A DNA stretch of 61,840 nt, counting the filler, from Sphacelaria rigidula (lineage: Eukaryota), in the NCBI GenBank assembly GCA_964200075.2. It is 6 parts of 6 records of this genome, joined end to end, with 100 filler letters (N's around TTAATTAATTAA, not from the genome) between each part and the next. Parts side by side here need not be neighbours in the genome. Positions count along the whole stretch, not along the records: positions 1 to 10,225 come from CAXNAA020006899.1; positions 10,326 to 20,549 come from CAXNAA020006900.1; 4 more parts are not named here. One strand, written 5' to 3'. The notes beneath the pieces were generated by a model. The model had not been told where the DNA came from. It did no database searches and was given only the letters and a program-made list of their open reading frames with translations. A program made the position numbers and the translations under genes. This document shows positions 1 to 12,548 of the stretch, one piece after another. The stretch's first letter is position 1, and every line of letters starts with the position of its first letter.

Positions 1-73
1 AAGATTGTTCGGCCCGAAGCGTACTGATTATCTTGCATTTGGATGACAGCCTACAATGGGTTGCTTTATTTTT
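1..73 (+). repeat. Interspersed repeat fragment, also present at ~31014-31087
   Basis: AAGATTG..CGGCCCGAAGC..TCTTGCATTTGGATGACAGCCT..TTGCTTTATTTT is shared with the start of contig 4. Confidence 0.8.
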
Positions 74-230
74 GCGGGGGCGAATTGGTACCTCGACCCA
101 TCAGCGGCCTTGGAATTGTTCTCAATTTCTCACAAACTCGAGTTCCCAACGCAATTTCCACCTCATCTCCACATGCTTTTCACGTTGTGATACTTTTACC
201 ATTAGGGCTTCTCTTGACACATTTTTTTTT

Positions 231-507
231 CGATCGAAAAAATGGGGCGGTGGAAGAGATTTGAGCGAAATTTTCTCGTTTTGATGCAGTTGACTCCAAA
301 TGGATTTTCAAGCTTCCGATCGAAAAAAGACAGAGACATTCGAGAAACGGTAGATGGTCACTCGTCTACGGTCCAGTCTGTACTGTCTGCACTGCTTGCA
401 AGCAGTGTCTTGAGTACGCGTGTGCTATGCTACAGGGTTGCGGTGGCAGCCGAGAATGAGTTGGATAGAGTTTGCATGGTCCTGTGAACAGGCGTAATCT
501 GGCGTGG
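231..507 (+). repeat. Interspersed repeat; second copy at ~30300-30873 carries an extra ~285 bp
   Basis: Colinear match from CGATCG..GAGCGAAA..ATGCAGTTG through GAGAATGAGTTGGAT..TGCATGGTCCTGTGAAC..GGCGTGG. Confidence 0.8.
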
Positions 508-1736
508 TGGTCTGCAAGATAGGAGCCAAGTGCCACTTCGTGCCTTTCGACAGCATGTTTTCGATGGAAAACGATTGTTATTCACCTTGGGTAATACTTC
601 TCGGCGCGCCGCTAGTTAGAATATTGAGTTGAAGCCTTTTGTGAACATGAATGCGGTGGACCCATCAGATTGGCAAAACAGAAATTCGATCGCACTTTTT
701 TGACCGAAAAAAAAGTGCGAAGACACGCCCTCAGCTCCCGAACCTTACGAAAAAGAACAGATTTGAAGATATCGAATGGAATTCCCGACACAATTTCCAC
801 CTCATCTCCACATGCTTGACCTTGTGGTAGTCACCATCAGCTCGGGAACCTAAACGAAAAAAATAAAAATATTTGAAAATGGTTTTCATGGGATCAAACT
901 ATCCCCCAAACCATGGTATTCCGCTGATGTGGGCTTTTGGCCTCGCCGGATTTCCACTCATCATGGGACCAAAGACCAATAAAGCCTCCCGATGGTTCAA
1001 CCTTTACCTGCCGTAGATCAGCTCCGACCGCCCGTAGACATGATACTTTGGTAAGGTAGGCATCGGTGCTCCGAAGGGAAAAAATATGTTGATGAACAAC
1101 AGTTGAAAGTTTTTCTAGTTCTGTATCGACTTCCTGGGGTCCCAGCTTGAAGATCCCCGGAAGCCGGGACCAAGTGCCTAATGAAAGTAAGAAATAATAA
1201 ATTGCGCGTCCTGGCGAAGTCCAAGGAACAGCTGTAAGAGGCGTCGTTCTGTGACTCAAAAACTTGATGCACTGGCGTCGTTTCAAGGTCAAACGTATCC
1301 AAAAAAGTGATTTCGATTCTAGGGCAAAGTCGTTGTGAGTTTGTGCCGTTCAAGCCGATTCATTTCTCAAGTGAAACTGATGCTGATTCAACAGGCGACC
1401 TGTGCTCGCGGTCAAAGGGTTACTAGAAGCTTTGAAATACCCCATATAGCAGTAGATGTGTGCAAAAGTGAGTACATCTTCGAAACTCGGCGTGAACATG
1501 GGCGGATGAGTGAATTTTGAATTTTGGGTCGAGCGCGTGAATGAGGCCGAAGAAAACGCCAAGCAAATGTTGGCCTTCACGAGGCCTCCATGCCTTCTTT
1601 CGTGTATATCGTATCCCGATCGCCATCTCTCTGGCACATCATGCTCTGTCGTGTAGCTTGCTCGTTGTACCGTATTGCACACTACTGAACCTTAGCTTTG
1701 GCGTGCATACATTCATTCTTTCCTCCTTATTATGAA

Positions 1737-2740
1737 CCGTTTTGGGACCGGACCTCAGAACGACCAATGAGACCGGTCAGGAATGACGTGTCTGGCGTCT
1801 GCACGAAAAAGTGGCGTGTTGCTGAAACTCCGCGTATATAACCGCAGGGTCGTGACGAAGACCGAAAGTTTCATCCAATGCATTTTCAGGTGCACAGGTG
1901 CAATGGTGTACATCTGATGTAGCAAGCAGTATGAGTCGCGGTGAAGAGCTTCCGACAGGAAGCGGCGACCGGCGGGCCGTCCGCCACTTGTGGCTTTGGA
2001 TGATACTTCTGTCCCCATCACCTTGCCACACAGCCCTTTATGGACGGGATGAGCCGCCATTTCCCCACTTGTTGCATGCGGCAAATTCTCTTGAAACGAT
2101 ATCAGTGTTGCGGCACGCATGCATACAACAGTATAGTAAAGTACAGAGTAGTACGCCCCTCCAACTGAAGCAGCAGCTGCCGTTGCATACTCCCTTACAC
2201 GTTCTGGGCAATTCCCAGCTACCTATGTACAGCTTTGTCATCCCTGTCCACTACATACATGTTGACTGCACACTGCAAGTCATCGGCAGAGGGATACGCA
2301 AAATTTATTACGGTAGCTCCTCTGGTCTTTCCACAGACCAGCTGGATTTTGTTCGTCGTGGAAATGACCACATGGTAGCATGTACACTCCTTCCCGATTT
2401 TTTCCGGTTCACTCTGTGCTAGTGAAAATTACTACGTTTCAATATAGAATTGGGACCCAAAAAACACTCCGGAAAAACTCGGGAACGGTATACTGAGTGC
2501 AAGTAATACCATAAAACCAAGCTGCGACCGCCCTTCGCTTGGAAACCTGCGCAGGCTTATCTGGGCCAGGGATAGGGTCCCCACACGACCTTTACAGTGG
2601 CAGCACACTCGCCAACAATCCCAGCACTGGTCGATAAATTTCGCCTCGCCGTGACTGGGCAGGTCGCTCGAAGGCTTATTCTCAATTATTTCACGAACAC
2701 AGGGTCAACCCTGTGTTACTGGGGGCCGGTCCCCAAAGGG
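1737..2740 (-). mobile_element. Non-autonomous piggyBac-like DNA transposon relic
   Basis: Imperfect TIRs CCGTTTTGGGACCGGACCTCAG / CTGGGGGCCGGTCCCCAAAGGG, flanked by TGAA (1733-1736) and TTAA (2741-2744). A minus-strand remnant TACYIRCTPLHLCT*KC near 1880-1930 resembles the piggyBac C-terminal Cys-rich domain. Confidence 0.65.
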
Positions 2741-2748
2741 TTAAAATA

Positions 2749-3524
2749 GAGGAATCTCGAACTCGAGGTTCCCGATATATTCGAGTGTGAATTACTGTTG
2801 TGAAATAAGTACACCGGGAATCTCGAGTGTTAGGATACGTCCACGAGGATTACAGGTAATCCCAATCTCAGGGTTCCCCTTATATTTAGCTGTACTGCAA
2901 CTAAGTTTGAAGTATGTATACTGTATGAACATACATGTCGAACACCGAATTTAAAAGATCTATACGGTTTTCTCGAGCTTTCACTTCAAACGCATATTTA
3001 AACGAACGGTCGGGGTCTCCATCAAGCGGTGAGCCGGTCAACCGGGTGTAGGGTCTTCAATTTCGGTTTTTATTTCCGCGCAGGTTTGATGGCCATGCCC
3101 CTGCGGGCAAATCTCATACACCTGTGCGCTGATCCTAGACCAAAATTGCGAACACGGAATGACTTGTTGACTTGTTGCAGATAGGATTCAACGAACATCG
3201 AACCCGGAACGAAAATCCTGCAACTCTGCGAAATCAGCGTAGTTTGTGCCAGGAAAAACCACATTTGTTGTTGGTGAGCAATCCCCCAGTGATTTTCACC
3301 AGCAAATGCAAAACGGGGGAGGGGCGGCAAGGAATATCCTCCTCAGATCCAAAGAGGTATCTCAAACTCGAGATTCCCGTTATATCGCATAAGATGCCCA
3401 GTACCAATGTACCGCGCAGATATCGGAACGGCTTTTAATGTGAAGACAACAACAACAACAACAACAACAATTACACATTGGTTCACAGTCGACTATATGG
3501 GGAATGTCGACTTTGAGATACCTC
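2749..3524. mobile_element. TIR element (MITE-like) with internal copies of its ~30-bp terminal motif
   Basis: Left end GAGGAATCTCGAACTCGAGGTTCCCGATATA is inverted relative to right end TATATGGGGAATGTCGACTTTGAGATACCTC; TA on both flanks; the motif recurs at ~2815 (inverted), ~2856 and ~3355. Confidence 0.55.
3448..3470 (+). repeat. (CAA)n microsatellite
   Basis: Direct reading. Confidence 0.9.
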
Positions 3525-4460
3525 TATAATACTAACTTCGAGTGAAGCAACGACCAAATGTACGCTCCATGAATTTCCCGATAATCCTTCTACACCGGCT
3601 GCAAAAGTCAAGCTCAACGTCGTACCGTCGACCTTATTCAGGAGAAGAGTGTCGGGGAGTTGGGGGGAAGGGGGGGGAAGGATACACATTCTCAGAGTTT
3701 CAGGTCATGGCGTCGGTGGGTGCGATACCCTGTGCTGCAATAGGATGAAGAAGATCAAACTTGACCATGTCTTTTGCCCCGTACTCGTAAATGACGGGGA
3801 ACAACAACCCCCCATTCCCGTGTCGCTCATGAAGTCGACCTTACCTTCGTGCTTTTCAACCATGTTCCGGAGATGCACCAGCCGGGGGACCTGGGGCGGG
3901 TTCTATTTTTGGAGCTCTAGGTTGGAGCGGTGGGCGCGATTCAGACAAGAGTGCGGAATGTAGTGTTGCAGTGCAGTCAGACATACAGCAGCAAAAGGAT
4001 AGAACGGTCGCCCAGGAAATATGCCTGACCCCGAGGATGACGGGGAACAAAGAAGCCTTCAAATCTCTTTCCCCCCCCCCGCCGACTCGATCACTACCCT
4101 GGTTCACCCTCGATTTCTGTGAGAGACAGTCCCGCCCCCGTTGACTGCTGCTGAAAGGTTGCTGGGCAACATATTCTCCCGAGCCGATCCGGCGAATGCA
4201 CTTTTTTCGGAAGGGGCGCGAGGTCTCTAGCTTCGAGGGAGGGATGCTTTCATGCATTATTCGGGACCGGAAGCGTACAGGGGAACGGGAGCGGCGGCTT
4301 GCTCCAGTTCCGCGCAAAAATCCTATGGTTTGGACGCATGTTGTCACCAGTCGAGGCATAACAAACTCGACGCTCCCGGTATATGTTCTACTGTTCAAAA
4401 TGGGATGAATACGGAGTTGGACATACCTTCCGGGTGCGTCCATCATTTGACCACACCTGT

Positions 4461-4489
4461 AGTTAAAGTGCGGCAATCAATCAATCAAT
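4461..4489 (+). mobile_element. 3' terminus of a non-LTR retroelement with a (TCAA)n tail
   Basis: AGTTAAAGTGCGGCAATCAATCAATCAAT; the same terminus occurs inverted at ~51300-51336. Confidence 0.55.
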
Positions 4490-4492
4490 GAA

Positions 4493-4800
4493 ATACCTCA
4501 ATCACGGTTTATGAAAACACTCGACACAAGTTGAAAAATTGAAGGCCGGGCGGGGTCAGTCGCGCGAGAGGCATTCCTGTAACAGTACAGACAACAGTAG
4601 TACTGTCATTGTAGACAGGCAAATTTAATCACTCACAGCCCCTCTGATACCTCAATCACGGTGTATGAAAACACTCGACACAAGTTGAAAAATTGAAGGC
4701 CGGGCGGGGTCAGTCGCGCGAGAGGCATTCCTGTAACAGTACAGACAACAGTAGTACTGTCATTGTAGACAGGCAAATTTAATCACTCACAGCCCCTCTG
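4493..4800 (+). repeat. Tandem duplication, 2 x 154 bp
   Basis: 4493-4646 and 4647-4800 differ at one position (GGTTT vs GGTGT). Confidence 0.95.
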
Positions 4801-7800
4801 ATGGAACAGTAAAGCTCTTTACTAGAAATGATGAAATACCTTGTGGTTCGAGACGAAGCCAAGTTCGAGCTTGATCGTCAAGAGTTCTGCTCGTAACTTT
4901 CACGCTTGGTAAGCGTAAGAAGCAACGCATCCGAGACTTCGACGGGACTAATGGCAATGGCATTACCAGCTCGGCCGGGTCGGGGGCAAGAGAGTCAATC
5001 GCCTGGCATTCGAAAAACGGACCACAGACGGGACCCCGCTACCTCTGTACAACGAGTATATTACAAGGCGTATTTCACAGGACGGCACAGCTTTCGAAAC
5101 GTTCGTTTCCATCGTGGTACTGAATTTACTCTGGGCTGGGAAAAACACAGTATAGTCAGTACAGTACAACAGTAGTGGAGTTCGAAACCGCACAGCTTTC
5201 CTTCAGCCGTAATTGCGGATTGCACCCTAGTGTGTGGAGACCGCCGAACACAGTTTATCCATGACGTGAAAACTCCAACCATGAAACATGTGCGATGTGT
5301 GACCCGACCTCCAGCGAAGCGTTTCGGGTTCACCGCAAATTTACCTAATGCAGACATAAAAAACGAAGCACAAGTCACGCGGCGAGGTGACGTGCACCCT
5401 CAGCAGTACAGTACCACAAGCTTTAGTCCCCTATTTTAGTCTTTCGGATCAACCGTGTCACATGATCGTTTGGAAGTGAGGTGCTTCTGGGGAAGAAATC
5501 AAACTTCATGCAACATGGAGCCCAATCGAATGCAGACACTGTGCTTGGATTTTGCATGCGCATAAGGGTTGTGCGCCCAAATTCTGGCGATCGCCGCACA
5601 ATAATTTCAATGTTATCAGAGAAGCGCCTGGAGGAGGTTATTATTATACGCTATCTTACAAATGTGTATCCACGCTCTCAAGTTCACATGTGCGGTGCTG
5701 TTCAGGCGGGGTACCGAGATATGGGAGAATCACATATTCCGAGCTGAAAGGTTGGGGCATGAACGGCTGCTGCGTCTGCTGTTGAAGATCGAACGCATAG
5801 CTGGCAATACAAATATCTCGCACACACACGGGCCTCGCGGTTGGCTCGGTGGGACTGACATATGCGTGGTGATTGATCAGCCGTCCGCAACCGAAAGTAG
5901 TGACGAGAGACATGGAAAATGGAAGAGATGGAAATGTGCTTCAGCCGGCATCTTCCGGCATCTTGAACTGCAATGTGCCAACTGGGCATTATGGTGAACT
6001 GAGAATTCGGGATTTGTTTCTTGCAAGAGATGAGACAGCGCATTCGTGTGGCGATTGGACGAACACCGAACAGAGATCTACTTGTAGTTTGTTGGAACAG
6101 AAGTTCATCCTTTAATCCTTCGCCTGTTAAACCGTCCTCCAAGAGCGCTCTAGTCTCATCCATTGGTTAGCTCAAAATCATCTCCTATTTCAGAGATGCA
6201 TGCATGCGACAACCTGTCGATGCTCGTCAACGCCATCACTCGGACAGTGAGTGGAGAAAAATATAGATCTATTTTGATGCTTCATGCAATAACACCGCCT
6301 CCGCACTGTCTGTACCCTCTGTAGTGTGCAAGAGGAAGGTAGCACAGACAGTACGGATGTAGGGGTTGAAATGACCTGTATACTGCTGGATGGAGTGGAC
6401 AGCAGGAGAGTCAGCAGCGGGAAGAATTTAAAACACATCACCAAGGGGTTATTCGGTGACGAGATGCCACAACAACTACTGGCAGAGTTACCCCGTCTCG
6501 TGCCGTAAAATATAAATGACTTCACACCCAGATCGATATTCAAATGAGGCTGATTTATTCCAAGAGGACGCAGGACGGCGCTTTAGAGACCACAGAAAAA
6601 CAGTCGTTCTCGACGTTATTGCGCAACACCGTTCTAGGAAAACGCCCCGTGTTGCCAGCTGCGTGGGACGCGGCCAGTGCGGCGGTTGCTGAGATGATGT
6701 CTTTTGAAAAATGGCCGCGATGGTGCCCAAGTCGTGGTGTGACTACTCGTGTCACCCCAGTTGTGAAGCGCACACACGCCAACACCACAGCAGCGCATGC
6801 GACGCAAATCGACTTCTACCCACCCCACCCCCCTCCCACCATGCTCATGTGCACATACCTCCATAGCATCGGCGGCAGCGCACACGCTGGCACTCCCGAC
6901 GCCTGGAGGTAACATAATTCTCTCGGGAGATCGGTCCCAATTGTCTCGCGCCATAGCCGCCTCTCCAGCGGGGTCAAATCCAACTTTGTTGTTCGCCATC
7001 CTGCCATCGACCACGCCAACAGGACCAATATACCGAGCGGAAGAACTCGTGTGTTCTCTTTCTTCTGCAGGAATCATCCTTCGTGATCAAAAAGTGCTGT
7101 GCAACGTGAGCGCTCTACAGGTCGACAAAGGGGCGCCGGAGGAGGCTTGTTGGTTCTTCTCTCCTGATTCGATCTCTCACGAGAAGCGTCGCACGGTTGA
7201 TGAAGCCCTCCCCTTCCTTGCTAAAAGTAAAAAGTGCCGTAGCGGAGGACTTAATAGGATTACTCTCAGTATAGGAAGAGCATAACTGACTGTGCTACAA
7301 CACCAGAGTATACTGCAGTTGCTGTAGTAGTACAACTGTTGTCTGTACATATAGAGCCATGGAACAGAGCATAAGGCTGCCAGGAGAAGGGTAAACCACA
7401 AGACCAGTACTTGGTTGCCGCTGTGGGTGGTGGTTGCTGTAAGAACAGGTAGGCAGATACACTCACGGCTTACCTGGACCGTTAAGAAAGCACGAAGTTG
7501 CACGTCTTGCTCCCTTATCCCCGGGAGTCCTGCTCAGTGCTGATTTGGTATATGCTCGCCGGTGTCTGATTGGGTGTTACGCACCGTACGATATCAGACC
7601 CTATCCTGCTCGTCCCAAAACTCGGTCACTTGGCTTCTTCAGTTGTTGGGGAGACACAAAACGCCTGCTTCACTCATGGATTTTGTCGTATTCACTGCGC
7701 TCTCTAGCTCTCCTGCACTGAATTCATCATGCACTCCTCAAGCACTATTGACAAGGCGAGAGAAGAATTCAAAATGAATTTCAAACGGCCGTGCAGCGAG

Positions 7801-8580
7801 GATGAAGAGAGAGTGGGGCGGACCTCGATTTTTGCCCAGTATGGCAGCTGCTTGATCTGAATCTGTTGCGCGTTGCTTGGTGGTTGCTCATCTGGAGCAA
7901 TTTCGTCATCGGTCCAAGTATTCAAATGTGACATGTGATCTGTCACATCGCCCAAAACTGCCCGTGGAAGATCCGGATATGTTTTCGTCTGGTTTTGTTT
8001 TGTGCGAATGTTTGTGGATCTTTTAGTTCCTCTCTGTCCTATGCAGGTCTGTACAACTGTTATTGTAGTAGACATTAGACACCTGTTTTTATGATTTATC
8101 TCTGCACACCGCGAGGCCCCCAGCCATGACCACAACATACGAGCAATGCTACGGTGGTAGTGGTGCACTTTTTGCCCAAAATCTTGTCTGATTCAGGGGC
8201 TCGTAACGACTCTAGATACACAAGAATATGGGTCAGGACATCCCCGTTTGCAAATTCGTTCGGGATATCCCAAGCACATTCGAATAATGGTAATCCTGGC
8301 GTACTCTCACGTATCTGATACTAATAACTCGTGTTTTGGACCAGCCAAAGAGCTCCTGACAATTCCAACCTCAGAAAATATTTGTGCAACCCTCCTACTA
8401 TAGAATCAATCATACATGCACAAAGAGTTCGGAGGGCGTGGAGGGAGGGCGTGGAGGGAGGGCGGGGAGGGAGGGCGGGGAGGGGTAAAGAACGAACAAA
8501 AAAGGTAAAAACTGAGATGTAAAAGGCATAAAACTCCCCAAGGAAAAATAAGAGCCAAAACAACATCACACACAAGAGTT

Positions 8581-8845
8581 CTGTCATGCCATATAGGGGA
8601 GGTGGTGGGGGGGAAGTATTTCGGGCCATTTCTTCCACGAAATTCCACTTTCAATCGTCGATGAAAGCGCAGCAACGGTTGTTCAAACTCGCCTGCTTGT
8701 TGACGATAAATAATGTGCATTCATACTGCCTGACATGGTTTATACCCAAATGCAACCGCATCGCGAATGTGGTGAGTCGTCGGGCGCACCTAGGATTCCC
8801 TTTTTTCGTGGAATCAACGCCTCTCCTCGTCGTATAACATGGCTT
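8581..8845 (+). mobile_element. Degraded copy of the GAG..CTC MITE family
   Basis: Interior colinear with 33995-34255 (TTCTTCCACGAAATT..CAGCAACGGTTGT..TTTTTTCGTGGAATCAAC); TIRs eroded. Confidence 0.75.
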
Positions 8846-9120
8846 AGAAGTGGGTACTACAGTACGTGATTCACCAGTCTGTCTGTGTATACTGCCACAC
8901 TCACTGCAGTACTTCGTACTGTTATATTTCTACTGCAACAAGGGATCTCCTTCTTGCGTTTCAACATCTGCGCTGCTTCTTGCGGAGGATATGTTGATGG
9001 TTGATTGAGGACATCTCAATGATCTCATGTTCAGATATGACCGCAACTCCGCTACTAGTCGTTGTTGGCGGCACAAGGAGGGTCAATCAACATTTTTTTT
9101 TTTATCGCCAGCACTGCCGC

Positions 9121-9410
9121 GCCCCGGTGGTGTAATGGTCCGACTGTCGCCATTAGGGTGGATAGAACGGTGGTTCGATTACCGATGCGTTGGGTGTTTT
9201 CTTCGTAATGGATGATTTCCACCGTGGAAAGCGTGAGGACGCGAGTAAACAATGTAGTCGACTGGGTTTGTGTGGCGTGGGTTGACGCGCTACGGGAGTG
9301 CCTGACCCAATCCGCGAGACCAAAATAAAAGGCTCGTGCCGGCGGAGAGATGGGTCGATCCCTTGAGACCACGGACTCATGACGAGGAAGGGGAGAGGTT
9401 AAAAGTGTGA
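9121..9410 (+). mobile_element. tRNA-derived SINE
   Basis: A box TGGTGTAATGG (9128-9138) and B box GGTTCGATTAC (9172-9182); body and 3' end (..GAGATG..GATCCC..ACGGACTCATG..GGGAGAGGT..AAAAGTGTGA) shared with the minus-strand copy at 43080-43396. Confidence 0.75.
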
Positions 9411-9578
9411 GGCCGTGTCTTTTCAAATTATTTTTGACTCGAAAACGTACCTGATTCGTCCACGCTGCTAATTTTCTCACATGGTTGAGAACATGAATGC
9501 CGTGGACGTATCAGGTACGAGCAAATTCGATTCCACCGTACGTTTTCGAGTCGAAAACAATTTGATTCGACACGGCCT
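9410..9578. repeat. Fold-back (hairpin) MITE-like element
   Basis: AGGCCGTGTC..GACTCGAAAACGTAC is inverted relative to GTACGTTTTCGAGTC..GACACGGCCT; related sequence at ~640-730. Confidence 0.7.
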
Positions 9579-10225
9579 GAAGGGGATATATGAATAAAAC
9601 ATAGCCTATTGGATCATCTATTGAATCGGCATCAATGCCACTTGAAAAGTTTATCCATGGCCCAGATGAGGAGGTGCTGCGTGTACCAGGTGGTCAAGAA
9701 TTTTCTCCTACTGCAGACGACCTACCCTAACGGTCAAAGGGTTGACAAACCTTGACCCTTGACCGCAACTAATGCAACCCCCACACCCGCATCGATGAAA
9801 ATTCAAGTAGTGATTGACATGTGTTTTTCAAGTGATTTAACAAGACCATTAAAGGGATCTTGAATATTGAGCTTTGGATTAAAAAAGTCGAGGAGGAGGA
9901 TAATTACTTCATATTATTAGTCAAGCATCTCGGATAGTGATGATGTGTGTCTTACGCTTCGCTACAAATTACATGCGTGCGAACAACGAGGGATGTAAAC
10001 ATGGCGTTTGAGCTAAGGTGTGCCGTGCGTACATCCGTTTGCGACCGCAGGATGTGAAAGGGACGCGGGCGAAGTGCAGTGCAGACAGCGCATGACAATC
10101 CAAACTCTCTGCTTACAAGTGCGACGTGAGAAGGACTTGAACATCGTGAGTCTTTGTACTGGCGTGTTCAGGTCGGGAGCCCGGGTGGCGGGGGAGGTGT
10201 GGGTAAACTCAATGATGAATAACAC

Positions 10226-10325
10226 NNNNNNNNNNNNNNNNNNNNNNNNNNNNNNNNNNNNNNNNNNNNTTAATTAATTAANNNNNNNNNNNNNNNNNNN
10301 NNNNNNNNNNNNNNNNNNNNNNNNN
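10226..10325. other. Artificial contig-joining spacer (N44-TTAATTAATTAA-N44)
   Basis: Exactly 100 nt; the central 12-mer gives stops in all six frames; identical to the four other spacers. Confidence 0.98.
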
Positions 10326-12548
10326 CTGAATTAAAACTAGTTTCCTTGTGGATAGCAGATGGTCCCCAGAAACGACCAGCGGGTATGGAAGGATTCTAGT
10401 CGAATGTGTGTTTGTGTAAGGCAGGATTCGATCCCTGTATTATTGCCACGGCGGGTTGAAGGCAAAAGGATTGTACCCGATTAGCCGTGAGTACCTGCCG
10501 CCACTACAGCCTTGATTACCTGAAGGTACGGCGCGTCACGGTGATTTTGTATTATGACGAGATTGTAAGCAGGGAAGACGGATGTATGGGCAGCTGCTCT
10601 ACCCCCCTGCCCCACTCGAAAACCTCCACTACAGTCTTCAGGCCTAATTGGATACAAAGAAGAGCTTTGCTCATCAGCTACCTACCGATCTCCTGTCTTC
10701 AGTGTCGCGAGTCCACAGCCTTATTGACGTGAGTCTTAGCTGTGCTGTGCTATCACCCTCATTCACTATTGTTACTTGTTTGCTGACTGTTGGGCTGTTC
10801 CCACTTAGACAGCTGGGCTATTGTCTTGAGAGAGTGAAACAGCAGTTTGGATTAGCAAGTCGGAAACAGGACCGCCTGTCTACACCCCACATGGGCGTGG
10901 CTTGCTTGCGTTTGGAGTATACGGCACTACTGCTTGCGGTAATTGCTTATACTTCCACATTCATGGGGCTTCAGAGGTAGCTCGTGACCTCAAGCTGTAC
11001 TGTTTTTCTCTCTGTGGGCTGCTGTTGTACGCGTTCCAGTCCACCACAACCCTTCGTTGGTTTGACTTTTTCAAGCCCTGTGCTTTCGGTCTTTGATTTT
11101 TACTTGATATTTGTATACACGATTCAGCGGTGTAATACACCAAGGAAAAAGGACAGCTTCTTGGACAGCTGTTTATTTTTTTTACTGGAAGTTGGACATA
11201 CATTGCGACACGAGTTCGCTGTAGGTGTTCGATGTGCCACACGGTACCCACGTTGGGTTCAGGCAACGGTGACCGAACCATGAGGTGCTTCAGCTTTGAC
11301 TGCACGCCCTTTTTTGCTGCACAAGCATATTCCCCTCAACCGGCAGGTCATATCGACGGTACAAGCCAACCCGCTGCGGCGGATACGCTCTCACTGGTAA
11401 CGTTATACACCGCACAGAGAACGCACGGCGTTTTCATGCACACTCGATCAGAAGTGCTGTGTCCTTTTTCACCCACGGGCGGTTCTCGGATAATGAAGCC
11501 GCTCACACGTTCCTTGTTTGCATACGCCCCTCAAGGGTCCGTAGCTTTTTCACCGCCCTCCCGACCACCTGCCCCCGCAAGCGCCCCTGCTCGCAGTCCG
11601 ACATGTGTCCAAACACATGCCGATTCATGCCCGCAGGTAAAGAGTTCGCGGGCTATTTCAATCGCCGCCCGCTGTACATACGATTTTTCTTGCCTAAACA
11701 CGGAACGTTGAGCCACCATGCGCCCCGAATTATATCGATTTGGCATGATGGACCAGGATAAGAATGTTGTTGTTTGTACACGAGCATGATTGACCACGGC
11801 GAGGCGTGAGGCCCATGTTAGTTGTTCACTTTTACACGGCACCGGTGTACACCACAGTTTGATTGCCGCCCCACCAAGACGCACTACAGTACATGCTTGG
11901 TCGTCCAGAAGGCCTCACCTTTCCCGTTGAAATATTGTTCCGAATTGAAGTGCTGACGACAGTACAGCACCTTTTCAGTTACAAATGGTCCCAGCGGGGA
12001 ATATCTTGCGGACGGTGAGGTGCCGTACTGGAGCATGCGTTGGTACTGCTACACTATCTGAAGGAAGTAATCTATATTACATTGTAGATAAGAACACGGC
12101 GCGGGCATAACATTGTGTAGGATTTTTTTTCATGTGATGCGAACACATTGGTATCGTACTGCACTGTCGACCACGGCCGCTGTACCACGTGAAGATCATG
12201 TGTACTGTACTGTGCCACACAGCATTTCGTTGTCTAGTGCTTTTTACGCTGCTGTCTGCACTGCACTACACATTTGCATTTCGGTTGTGTTTGTACATTT
12301 ATTAAGTGTCTACCTGTACGATGTACGTCACCAAGACTCCAACTCGTCTATTTTCAGTGAACTAGGCGGTTCTGTTCAATGAGTATCACCAGCTGCATTG
12401 ACATTGCCTATGAAAATACGATACGGCATCCGACAGTTGTGTATTTTTTCTCTCAACCTCAGAACTGAGTGTGTGACGTTGCGGTTCGCTGCGTCCCACA
12501 CGTATATCTCTTCATGACATGCAGGTTTGTTAATGCGCTGTTGCGCTG

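Noticed and set aside
9121..9195. Functional tRNA gene (also 43325-43396)
   Set aside because: A and B boxes are present but there is no proper acceptor stem or cloverleaf, and the sequence continues into a shared SINE body
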